A program made the position numbers and the translations under genes. The notes below the pieces were generated by a model that worked only from the letters and a program-made list of their open reading frames with translations, had not been told where the DNA came from and did no database searches. A stretch of DNA of 64,000 nucleotides. It comes from Nitrosopumilus sp. GTDB taxonomy: Archaea > Thermoproteota > Nitrososphaeria > Nitrososphaerales > Nitrosopumilaceae. Position 1 is the stretch's first letter. Each line of letters opens with the position of its first letter. The stretch covers positions 1 through 64,000 of the forward strand of contig OZ242220.1 in NCBI GenBank assembly GCA_965206745.1, given 5' to 3'. This document shows, one piece after another, positions 31,081 to 39,975 of the stretch.

Positions 31081-31833
31081 CTACTTGCTTCTTTGAATTG
31101 CTTTTGCTATTTGCCCGAGTTTTGTGATACTACCGCCTTTTTCAAGGAATGTTCCAATGACTAGGGCATCTGCTCCGGCCTTGACCAGACTTTGGGCAGT
31201 CTTTACATCTTTGATGCCCCCGCCCACTATCAGAAACCCATTAAACGCATGTCTGACAGTCTTTACCATTTCAGGGGTGACGCTGGTTTTTGCACCAGAG
31301 CCTGCCTCCAAATACACGAATCTCATACCAAGAAACTGTGCTGCCAGAGAGTATGCTGCGGCAATTTTTGGTTTTTCAAATGGGATTCCTCTTGCCGAAC
31401 CTACAAACCATGCAGATGTCCCATCCCCTATTACCAGATAGGCAGTTGGGAGTGGTTCCAATCCAAATTTTAGGACACTTGGAGCGCCCAAAGCTTGCGC
31501 CTGGGTAATAAAATATGGATTTTCAGAATTCATCAACGAGCTAAACAATATGGCATCTGCATCAGGTACAACACCCGTAATGTTGCCTGGGAACAAAATG
31601 ATTGGAATCTTTAGGCCTTTTTTGATTCCCTTTACAACCTTGGCCATCTCAATCTGATCAGTTGCCGATGAGCCCCCAACCAGAATTGCAGAGGCCCCAA
31701 TCTTTTCAACATCTTTGGCAAGCTTGCTTGATGCCTCTAAATTGGATACTTCTGAATCAATCAACACGAACAATAATGCATTTTTCTTTTTTAGCTCTGA
31801 TTTTAGGAACGATTCGACTTTGTCTGTGGCCAT
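31081..31833 (-). CDS. Geranylgeranylglyceryl phosphate synthase
   Basis: LVGGS, ILFPG, YLEAGSGA, IVGGGI. Confidence 0.92.
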   Translation of the reverse strand: MATDKVESFLKSELKKKNALLFVLIDSEVSNLEASSKLAKDVEKIGASAILVGGSSATDQIEMAKVVKGIKKGLKIPIILFPGNITGVVPDADAILFSSLMNSENPYFITQAQALGAPSVLKFGLEPLPTAYLVIGDGTSAWFVGSARGIPFEKPKIAAAYSLAAQFLGMRFVYLEAGSGAKTSVTPEMVKTVRHAFNGFLIVGGGIKDVKTAQSLVKAGADALVIGTFLEKGGSITKLGQIAKAIQRSK

Positions 31834-31897
31834 AAAAGAGATTTGTGTATGTCTCTTTAAAGTTTAATTGGAATGCTGTATACAGATTTGTATAGCT

Positions 31898-32260
31898 ATG
31901 GACGAGTTGGAAGAATCTAATTTTAACAACATTATACGGAAAATCATCAAAAAATCACTGTTTACAGAGCGACAAGTTGAAATTATTTTAAATCAGAAGG
32001 ATCTTCTTGAATCGAGTTTTCCCATCAGTAAGGGTGCGTATTACAGGCAAGTTGGGCAGTCTAGGGACAAATTAATTGGATTATTCTATTCAATCATACT
32101 TTTTCGTGGTCTAGGCATACTTTTGCCTGATGATATAGATGTGATATCAAAGCTTTCAGAGCAGATTAGTGTGATTAATGAGAGTGATATTTTCCCTGAG
32201 AGAGAAGAAGAAGTGATTAATGTGATTGATAGGCTCATTCGTCAGGCATGCAATATGTGA
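31898..32260 (+). CDS. Hypothetical protein with HTH-like segment
   Basis: SLFTERQVEII...ISKGAYYRQVGQ; start taken at MDELEE. Confidence 0.7.
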   Translation: MDELEESNFNNIIRKIIKKSLFTERQVEIILNQKDLLESSFPISKGAYYRQVGQSRDKLIGLFYSIILFRGLGILLPDDIDVISKLSEQISVINESDIFPEREEEVINVIDRLIRQACNM

Positions 32261-32935
32261 TGTATGTGATATGGTTAGTCTGCCTCAAATCAAACCGTAT
32301 GTGATGATATGTGTGTGATTGTTAATCTAAAGTGTGAAATAATATTGTTCAATCACAATAAATCACGCTGTAGGCGTAAAAGTTGTGATGTTGATAGAAA
32401 TTCCTGAACCTGATGTGATTTTAAACATGGTTCTGGCATTCATTATCGGTGTTGCAGGACTGATTGCTTACTTTAAGGCACGTCCATTCATAAAAATTAA
32501 GAGAGATGTTTTTGATGCCTCACAAGCTGAACGCTTGGAATACTATGAAAGACAGCTAATTGACATGAAAATACGCCTAGATGCCATAGAAATCCAAGGA
32601 ATTGAGCAAAAAACAGAGGATCCCAACCTAGAGTTAAAACAATTCCTAGAGAAACTAGCCATGAATCAGGTCCAAGAAAAACCAATTGAGGTTCCCAGCA
32701 AGGTCGAATCTGTTCCTGAAAAGGTCGATTCCACGCCCATTATTCAGAATATTGTGCCTATAAACCCGGTTAACTATGTGTTGCACCTAATCACAACCAA
32801 AGATATGACATCACGTGACATTCAAATCACACTAAAGAAGAGCAGGGAGCACACCTCACGTCTGATGAAAAAGTTATTTGAAGAAGGATATGTTCAAAGA
32901 AATACCGAATCAAAACCATACACTTACTCAATCAC
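32141..32935. repeat. Dense GTGAT/ATCAC pentamer array near oriC
   Basis: 11 GTGAT + 2 ATCAC in 32141-32419; four more ATCAC at 32790, 32810, 32826, 32931. Confidence 0.75.
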
Positions 32936-32990
32936 CGAAAAGGGAATTGCAAAAGTGGGACGGACCGAAGAGAATCTCCTAGTACAGTAA
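32385..32990 (+). CDS. Membrane-anchored winged-helix (MarR-like) DNA-binding protein
   Basis: N-terminal TM, coiled coil, C-terminal MTSRDIQITLKKSREHTSRLMKKLFEEGYVQR...YSITEKG. Confidence 0.8.
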   Translation: MMLIEIPEPDVILNMVLAFIIGVAGLIAYFKARPFIKIKRDVFDASQAERLEYYERQLIDMKIRLDAIEIQGIEQKTEDPNLELKQFLEKLAMNQVQEKPIEVPSKVESVPEKVDSTPIIQNIVPINPVNYVLHLITTKDMTSRDIQITLKKSREHTSRLMKKLFEEGYVQRNTESKPYTYSITEKGIAKVGRTEENLLVQ

Positions 32991-33114
32991 GATATTTTCA
33001 GATCTTTTTTGTGATGGATTTATTGGATTTTATGAAAAATTAGTCGTATTTTATAGTAATATTATGTTTAGATAAATTATTAAATTATATATATTATTAA
33101 TTTATAGTAATAGT

Positions 33115-33276
33115 ATGTCAGTACAAGACAATGAGGTTCTAGTAAAAATTACCTCTGCAGGTACAATATCAATCCCAAAGCAGTTTAGAAAGTATATGGA
33201 CATCCAAAAAGGCGAATATGTCAAAGTAATTCTCGGAAAAGATCGATTGTTGGTTAGAAAGGTAACGATCTCTTGA
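33115..33276 (+). CDS. AbrB/MazE/SpoVT family DNA-binding protein (53 aa, missed by the ORF track)
   Basis: MSVQDNEVLVKITSAGTISIPKQFRKYMDIQKGEYVKVILGKDRLLVRKVTIS. Confidence 0.88.
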   Translation: MSVQDNEVLVKITSAGTISIPKQFRKYMDIQKGEYVKVILGKDRLLVRKVTIS

Positions 33277-33280
33277 TCAG

Positions 33281-33667
33281 TCATTGTTGTTTTTGAGTTA
33301 TTTTGGGGGTTTGATATGTCCATTCTCGGCCATTTCTGGTTCTATTTACCCTCCCTTTTGTAGCAAATCGTGACAAGTATGTGGAGATAATACTAAGTTT
33401 TACAGGCTCATTATATTCATCCTCATATTTCTCAAGAACGTTCGTTGAGGTAAACTTGCCCATTGGGAAGAACTTGTCGACGATATTCCAAATCTTGGAA
33501 CCGGCCGAATCCATGTTTGTAGGTTGATGCTCTTCTTCAATATTCATCAAGTCCATCATCTCGAAGATTTTAAGGACCTTGTCTCTGGTCACATTGCCCT
33601 CCAGCTTGATGTCATACCGGGCACCATCAGAATCCTCCATATCAATTCGAATACGTTTTTTAGCCAT
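33281..33667 (-). CDS. Winged-helix-like protein divergent from cdc6
   Basis: FTSTNVLEKYEDEY..VKLSIISTYLSRF..GRVNR...WTY wHTH pattern. Confidence 0.7.
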   Translation of the reverse strand: MAKKRIRIDMEDSDGARYDIKLEGNVTRDKVLKIFEMMDLMNIEEEHQPTNMDSAGSKIWNIVDKFFPMGKFTSTNVLEKYEDEYNEPVKLSIISTYLSRFATKGRVNRTRNGREWTYQTPKITQKQQ

Positions 33668-33689
33668 CTTTGAGATCTAATTGATCCAG

Positions 33690-34150
33690 ATGTTGACAGT
33701 TGAAATGATCCCAGAATATTTGTTAACTAGGTGGTTTGTTAATATTGACTGCACAAGCCACGCCTAGCCCATATTCTGTTATTAACAACCATTCCAGAAT
33801 TGGCCCCTCCTGAATAGGATATTTCGTGCCTGGAGTGGAAATAAAGGGGTCAAAATGGAGATATTCACAGTGTTAACACCCATCTTAACGCCTGGAGTGG
33901 AAATAAAGGGGTCAAAATGGGCTTTTTTCAGCATATCTTAACACCAAATTAACAACCATGTTAACCTGTTCCACATGCAGGAACAAACCCACACACCAGT
34001 ATTTCCACTCTATGTTTTTTTTAATTTTTTTTAATAGAAAATCTAAAACTAAGTAAAAATAATTAATTACAAACTAAACTAGTATTACTATTCTATTCTA
34101 TACTCTCTTAATTGAGGTGTAGTTGTTGATATTGACTGGAAATGAAGGTG
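33690..34150. other. Replication origin oriC: ORB repeats plus AT-rich unwinding element
   Basis: Perfect 31-bp direct repeat GCCTGGAGTGGAAATAAAGGGGTCAAAATGG at 33828-33858 and 33890-33920; inverted ATTTCCACTC at 34001; ACTGGAAAT at ~34135; AT tract 34010-34110; directly upstream of cdc6. Confidence 0.85.
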
Positions 34151-34151
34151 T

Positions 34152-35360
34152 GTGAGTATGTCTGACCCGATAGATGACTTGCTTGATGCGGCAGAATCTG
34201 GAAGATCAATTATCAAAAATCGCGACGTTCTTCATTTTACATACATTCCAAGTGTCATTTTACATAGAAAATCCGAACAAGAAAAAGTTACCCAGTCCCT
34301 CTTGCCAATCCTAAAACAATCAAGGCCCTCAAACCTCCTAGTTTATGGCAAGCCTGGAACTGGCAAAACACTGGTCGTAAAAAAAGTGCTCTCCAAGATC
34401 CAGGAGAGGGTTGAGAAATCAAAATTTCCGATAAAACTTGTATATTCCAACTCAAAAAATGAGACCACATTATACGGGCTACTAGTCAGCCTAGGCAGGC
34501 AACTGGGCCTGGAACAGGACGAACTGCCCACAACCGGACTTGCCATCAGCGAGGTCTTCAAGAGACTCCTAGCCAAGATTGAGGAGGAAGAACTTAATGC
34601 AGTTTTTGTAATTGATGAGATTGATTACCTTGCACAGCTAGTAGCAAAAACTGGCAAGGACATCCTGTACCAACTGACAAGGGCAAACGAGCAGCTAAAA
34701 CAGGGCTCCCTGACCATGGTGGGGATATCAAATGATCTGACATTCAAAGAAAAACTGGATCCCAGGGTAATTAGCAGCCTGGGAGAGGAGGAGATTGTAT
34801 TTACGAATTACAACGTCGAGCAGATAAAAAAAATTCTTGAGGAGAGAATTAGCGAATCCTTCATCGAAGGCTCTGTAGAGGAACCGGCCCTGAACCTCTG
34901 TGCGGCCCTTGCAGGAGGGGAACACGGCGATGCCAGAAGGGCCATTGACCTGCTTCGCGTATCAGGCGAACTGGCCGAGAGACAGCAATCTGAAAAGGTC
35001 ACAAATAATCATGTCAGGGATGCGGCCATGAAAATTGAAGAGAACAAGGAGGAGGCCTCCCTCAAATCATATCCGCTTCATGAAAAACTGGTGATTATAG
35101 CCATAATGAAGGCCAGCGGTTCTTCGACAGGCGAGATTTATTCCTCCTACAAAAACCTCTGCAAGATGCTAAGCAAGGACGAACTTACCCAGAGAAGGAT
35201 TACACAGATGCTCGGTGAGATTGAGTTGTCAGGGATTATCTCCGGAAGGCTTATCCATCAAGGCATTCATGGCAGGACAAAAAAATTCAAACTTACGATA
35301 TCATCTGAGATGATAAAAAAATCATTCCAAGATGACCTAAGTCTGCAAGACATTGTCTAA
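34152..35360 (+). CDS. cdc6: Orc1/Cdc6 replication initiator
   Basis: YGKPGTGKT, VIDEID, DPRVISSL, HGDARRAIDLLR, C-terminal wH. Confidence 0.96.
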   Translation: MSMSDPIDDLLDAAESGRSIIKNRDVLHFTYIPSVILHRKSEQEKVTQSLLPILKQSRPSNLLVYGKPGTGKTLVVKKVLSKIQERVEKSKFPIKLVYSNSKNETTLYGLLVSLGRQLGLEQDELPTTGLAISEVFKRLLAKIEEEELNAVFVIDEIDYLAQLVAKTGKDILYQLTRANEQLKQGSLTMVGISNDLTFKEKLDPRVISSLGEEEIVFTNYNVEQIKKILEERISESFIEGSVEEPALNLCAALAGGEHGDARRAIDLLRVSGELAERQQSEKVTNNHVRDAAMKIEENKEEASLKSYPLHEKLVIIAIMKASGSSTGEIYSSYKNLCKMLSKDELTQRRITQMLGEIELSGIISGRLIHQGIHGRTKKFKLTISSEMIKKSFQDDLSLQDIV

Positions 35361-36782
35361 ATTGGAACTGTAATTTTGATGAAAGACTTGGAAGGTCTTT
35401 AAATTTACAATTATGGCAATGCCGGGATTTGGAGTCATTCCCACACTGGCCTGAAAAGGCGTCTGCCTCTGCCAAGAACCCGAGTTTACCAACAGGATTC
35501 CCTTGTACATATCCAACTGGGCTCTGTGAACATGGCCCACATGAAAGATATCCGGTATGTCCTGAATCACCATAAGATCCTCCATTTCAGGCGCAATTGG
35601 CGTCTGGCTGCCGTAAATTGGGCTGAGGTGCCTTGCCCTGAGCAGGTGTTTCATGACATTGGTAGGCCTGTCATAACTGAGACCTGGTGTCGTCTTTACA
35701 ATGTCGTCTATACTTTGTCCATGAAACATTGACACGATGACCCCATTCAATGAGACTACAGCAGGATTGCCTACCATCATCACATTTTCCCTCTCCCATA
35801 GGCCTGAATTGTATTTTTTTGGGATGGCCGGCTGTGGCAGTGCCCTTCTGCCCGGATCGTGATTTCCAGGCATTATGATGACTTGGATATTTTTGGGGAT
35901 TTTGTCAATCAGGTCCTCTGCTTTTTTCAGCTGCTCCTGAATCGTCTGGCAGACCAGTTCCTTGTTCTGATTTGGATAAATTCCAACCCCGTCTACAATG
36001 TCTCCACCAATTAGGACAAACCGAATCTTTCTTGCAACCGGATCCGGACTGGATATCCATGATACAAAATCTGAAAATTCCTCTTCCATGAAATACTTGC
36101 TTCCAATATGCAAGTCAGAGAGAAAGACGGCATGTGCATCACTTTCTGACTTGTTTCTTGCCTGGTCTGGGATGTCTGGTAAAATCAAGTCCTTGATGAT
36201 ATATCCAGAGTTTTTTGCAGAGCCGATTCTGGCCATGACAAACTGATCCAATAGCAGGGTGCCTGCAGTTTTCTGCAGTTCCTCATCAAAAATCACGCCC
36301 TCAAACGAGCCTGAGGGATCCTCCAGAACTATCTTTGTGATATTGCGCTCAGAATTTCTGGTGGTGACCAGTCCACACACGTACAGATCGCCGTCAATCT
36401 TTGCATTTTTTAGAGACCCTGCGGATTTGAGCGATTTTGATTCTGGCCTGTCCGAAATTATCCGTTTAAGCTTGTTAAATCTGCTCGAAAACAAGGCATT
36501 GTACCCTTTGACTCCCTCGCCTGACGTGATCTTGTCAGTCGGATCAGACAGTATCTTGAGCTCGCTTTGCAGTGATGAATCCTCCTTAATTCCAAGATAT
36601 ACCTCCAAATCATCCTGATTGATCTGGAATAGTTTTTGCCGTGTCTTTTCCCTTACTATCTCCTTGATTACCCTCTCCAATTTTTTGACATCCACATTAT
36701 CTAGAATCTTAAAGGCATCAGGATGGATCTGAAATCCTTTACTCAACGCATAGCTTAACGCAAAGGCCAGTTCCTTTTTCAT
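35337..36782 (-). CDS. polB: DNA polymerase D small subunit DP1
   Basis: OB fold, SDLHIGS, GDIVDG, PGNHD, HG, RHLSP, GHVH. Confidence 0.94.
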   Translation of the reverse strand: MKKELAFALSYALSKGFQIHPDAFKILDNVDVKKLERVIKEIVREKTRQKLFQINQDDLEVYLGIKEDSSLQSELKILSDPTDKITSGEGVKGYNALFSSRFNKLKRIISDRPESKSLKSAGSLKNAKIDGDLYVCGLVTTRNSERNITKIVLEDPSGSFEGVIFDEELQKTAGTLLLDQFVMARIGSAKNSGYIIKDLILPDIPDQARNKSESDAHAVFLSDLHIGSKYFMEEEFSDFVSWISSPDPVARKIRFVLIGGDIVDGVGIYPNQNKELVCQTIQEQLKKAEDLIDKIPKNIQVIIMPGNHDPGRRALPQPAIPKKYNSGLWERENVMMVGNPAVVSLNGVIVSMFHGQSIDDIVKTTPGLSYDRPTNVMKHLLRARHLSPIYGSQTPIAPEMEDLMVIQDIPDIFHVGHVHRAQLDMYKGILLVNSGSWQRQTPFQASVGMTPNPGIAIIVNLKTFQVFHQNYSSNLDNVLQT

Positions 36783-36837
36783 ATCAAAGAATATCCTTTG
36801 GTTTAATTAAATCTGTGCCTGTACCAACCCTCAAATA

Positions 36838-37395
36838 TTGTTCATGAAATACCGCAATATGGACAAAATCAGAGTAATCGTATTTTTTATATTTCTGGGA
36901 CTGTTTGCAGCCACGTACCAAATCGGATCGATGACTACTGTGAGTGAGGAAGAGGCAGATGCCTTCATGGCAGAATTTAACGATCTCGTTTTAGATATCG
37001 ACGCATTTGGGATCTTTACGCACAACCTGACTATTGCACTACCAATGTTTATCCCGGGATTTGGTGTGGCATGGGGACTGTTTGCAGCATGGTCAACGGG
37101 GTTTGGTTTTGCCGCAATAACTCTAACTACACCAGAACTCGGTGAAATTTCCCCACTCTCAATTCTTTTTCTGTCCCCGTTTGGCTTGATGGAGTTGGCT
37201 GCATACTCTTTTGGAATTTCCAGAAGTTTTATTCTAATTGGAGCAGTAATCAAAAAAATCAATCTGGTTCCACTAATTAAACCAACATTGATTGAAATTG
37301 GCATTGTGACGGGGCTTCTTTTGGCTGGAGGGTACATAGAATTTTACATGATAGAACTAGCTCAGGCCGAGTTCCAGACGATATCCATGCGTTGA
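36838..37395 (+). CDS. SpoIIM (DUF95) family membrane protein
   Basis: IFTHNL, PFGLMELAAY, LLLAGGYIE. Confidence 0.78.
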   Translation: MFMKYRNMDKIRVIVFFIFLGLFAATYQIGSMTTVSEEEADAFMAEFNDLVLDIDAFGIFTHNLTIALPMFIPGFGVAWGLFAAWSTGFGFAAITLTTPELGEISPLSILFLSPFGLMELAAYSFGISRSFILIGAVIKKINLVPLIKPTLIEIGIVTGLLLAGGYIEFYMIELAQAEFQTISMR

Positions 37396-37439
37396 GAACT
37401 CCCTGGCATAGAATTTTACATGATAGAACTAGCTCAGGC
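37335..37439 (+). repeat. 33-bp direct duplication of the SpoIIM gene 3' end (72-bp period)
   Basis: catagaattttacatgatagaactagctcaggc at 37335-37367 and 37407-37439. Confidence 0.9.
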
Positions 37440-37798
37440 AGAGGGCCTAGTTGACATGCCCGGGCTCGAATCCCCCGGTTTCCATTCTTGGTAGTTCTTT
37501 CCATGTGCCTCTGGATTCTTTTAACCTCATGCTTGTGGAAAACCCAGACGAATCAACCCCCCCTCCACCTGAACCTTTCAGGCCTATTACATCCCTTAAC
37601 CCTCCACCTTCAGGATCCCCCCTGCAGGTTACTTTGATAATACGTGCCAGGAACCCACCCATTTACGCCATCTGGTGTCTGGAATGGATTTATTCTAAGG
37701 AAATCTGCCATTTCAGCTGCCAAAATAAGAGTTTAGATATACTATACGCTACATCTAAAATAATTTAGTAGTAAATTATAAACCAAACAAGGTCAAAT

Positions 37799-38698
37799 TT
37801 GATCATGAAAGCGGCCATCACATTACTAGCTTTACTTGTGGCCTCATCAGGATATTTTGTGAGTGAATCATTTGGTGCAATTCCTGAGAATCAGGCATTT
37901 CTTTTAGAAGGTTCAGGTTTTGCAGTAAGTGAAGAGACCATCAAATTATCCCAAATTACTCTGGGCCTGTTTTCTCAGGACAAACGTGGAAGCTCAACTA
38001 ACTTTCTGATAGAAGACGGCTTTGTTACATTAGATGGAAAGAAATTTACAATTTCCGATTTGGAAGGAAAATTTTTGCGTGAAGGCAACTACATTCGGTT
38101 GACTGGCGAAATCAAAAGTTCAGGCGGATCTGATACATCAATTAGCTTTTTTGGAAGGCTGGTAGATGAAAGTAAGGATGCGTCAGTCTATGGCTTTACG
38201 GGCAGAATTACGACACCCGATACGGTTTACAAAGTAATTTACACAACAAAACTATCCACCATTGAAAAAGCTATTTCAGAGACAGGATCTGCATCCTCTG
38301 ACAAATTTACAGTTCATATTCTAGAAAATGCATCCACCCAAGGAATCAGCTCTGATATAGTTCCTGGACAAAAATCTTCTGTACTACTGAGATTCTTTTC
38401 AGATGATCGAATTTCGATAGAACCAAAATCCACCATTACGATAGTCAATGATGATACAGTATCCCACAAAATCATCAGTGGGAAGGAAAACTATGGCGAT
38501 CGACATGATCCGTTTACTCCTGATGGCAGAATTTCAACTGGTGTTATAGAGCCAGGAGAGACAGCAACGATAACATTTGATGATGCAGGATTTTACAGAC
38601 TGTATGATCCAGACTATACTTGGATGAAGATTGTAGCTTATGTATTTCCAAATTCAGACAGTCTGACTTTGGGCACAGGATTAAATGCAGGAAACTAG
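37799..38698 (+). CDS. Exported protein with C-terminal cupredoxin-like domain, non-canonical ligands
   Basis: Signal peptide; IVNDDTVSH...IEPGE...FDDAGFYRLYDPDYTWM. Confidence 0.72.
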   Translation: MIMKAAITLLALLVASSGYFVSESFGAIPENQAFLLEGSGFAVSEETIKLSQITLGLFSQDKRGSSTNFLIEDGFVTLDGKKFTISDLEGKFLREGNYIRLTGEIKSSGGSDTSISFFGRLVDESKDASVYGFTGRITTPDTVYKVIYTTKLSTIEKAISETGSASSDKFTVHILENASTQGISSDIVPGQKSSVLLRFFSDDRISIEPKSTITIVNDDTVSHKIISGKENYGDRHDPFTPDGRISTGVIEPGETATITFDDAGFYRLYDPDYTWMKIVAYVFPNSDSLTLGTGLNAGN

Positions 38699-39408
38699 CT
38701 TTCCCACTGCCATCTGTAATTCATGTAAGAATCAAGACTCGTTTGATTAAACACCATTACAGACAAATCAGAAAACTCCCTTCCTTCCAGCTCTTTTACC
38801 GTTCCCTCGAAACTTGTCTCATCCTCAGTAGTTATTGCCTCAAAAACATGAACCCTCATCCTGTCAGTCTCAAAACCGTGCTCTCGAAGGTAAGTTGCTA
38901 TCTCAGATGGCATGAAATGCTTGTCTGGCTGTTTTGGCCAGGGTCTTGGAACTAACAATACACTGAAACCGTCAATCAATGCTTTTTGCAATTCCAACTT
39001 TTTATCCTCAATAGGAGTTGTAACGTGCATCGTAATTACCTTGGACTTGTCAAGGGGGACCCTTGCCCTTGATGCGGCAACCTGAATTGAACTGATGCCT
39101 GGAACAATCTCAACATCGCCAAAAATCTCTATCAGTCTGTCCACAACTTCTGATTCTGAAAAATTAACATCGCCAGTAAATGGAACAACCAATGTTCTGT
39201 CACCGAGCTGTGGAAGAATTTTTTGATACGAGTCTTCCTGATCATTCATAGTAATTTCATAGATCTCCTTTCCTGTGATCAGGCCTTTGATTGTTTTTAG
39301 CGTGTATTTGTAGCCTATAACGACATCGCAACTTTGAATTATCTCTTTTACAATCTCTGTTACGTATTTTGGAGAACCGGGCCCGACACCTACAGCATAA
39401 ACTTTCAA
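38695..39408 (-). CDS. cbiE: Cobalt-precorrin-7 C5-methyltransferase
   Basis: VGVGPGSPKY, TGD, VPGISSIQVAASR, FSDLSVM. Confidence 0.82.
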   Translation of the reverse strand: MKVYAVGVGPGSPKYVTEIVKEIIQSCDVVIGYKYTLKTIKGLITGKEIYEITMNDQEDSYQKILPQLGDRTLVVPFTGDVNFSESEVVDRLIEIFGDVEIVPGISSIQVAASRARVPLDKSKVITMHVTTPIEDKKLELQKALIDGFSVLLVPRPWPKQPDKHFMPSEIATYLREHGFETDRMRVHVFEAITTEDETSFEGTVKELEGREFSDLSVMVFNQTSLDSYMNYRWQWES

Positions 39409-39902
39409 TTTTGCTCTATCAAGTTTTGCCTGTCTTTAATATATTGCACAAAAGGCCCCCAATCCACCTTCATGTATTTTGTAGGCTCCTTTGCAGGATA
39501 TTTTACCCAATCCTGGGCTATCGAATACTGAAACTTTTCATCTTTCCCGTCCTTTTGATACTCCAGTTGCAATGAACTTCCCCATTCCTTCTCTGTAAAG
39601 CCAATGCTGGAAATATCATCAAAAGATATTTCTACATTTCTTTCATCCTCACAATCATTCATCAGGTCCTCCTCACCGTATCCATCATGGCAAACCATGA
39701 TATTTTTTGATTTGATAAAATTGACTACCTGTCTCTGTGTAATGGCCTTCCACCAGTTTATTTTGGACTCTGTCTTGTGAATAAACATCAAATGTCTGTT
39801 AGTTAGTACCAGCATGCCCTCTCTTCCTCCGATCGAGAAGAATTTGTTTGACTCTCTCCATATTGAAACCAGATGTGCCTGAATCTTCTCACCAGGTTCC
39901 AT
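39405..39902 (-). CDS. Hypothetical protein, PH-like fold
   Basis: GMLVLTNRHLMF...ISFDDI pattern. Confidence 0.65.
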   Translation of the reverse strand: MEPGEKIQAHLVSIWRESNKFFSIGGREGMLVLTNRHLMFIHKTESKINWWKAITQRQVVNFIKSKNIMVCHDGYGEEDLMNDCEDERNVEISFDDISSIGFTEKEWGSSLQLEYQKDGKDEKFQYSIAQDWVKYPAKEPTKYMKVDWGPFVQYIKDRQNLIEQN

Positions 39903-39975
39903 ATCCGTTAGTTTGTTGGACTTTGTTAAAAACTAATACCATTAGCTTTTAAGTGAGAATTTCTGGGGGAAATTA

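Noticed and set aside
33040-33110. dif-like site (TTATGTTTAGA)
   Set aside because: No matching left arm at 6-bp spacing; consistent with the AT-rich promoter of the AbrB gene.
33828-33920. Mini-CRISPR (31-bp repeats with a 31-bp spacer)
   Set aside because: The repeats contain the ORB core with G-string and lie upstream of cdc6; an origin explains them better.
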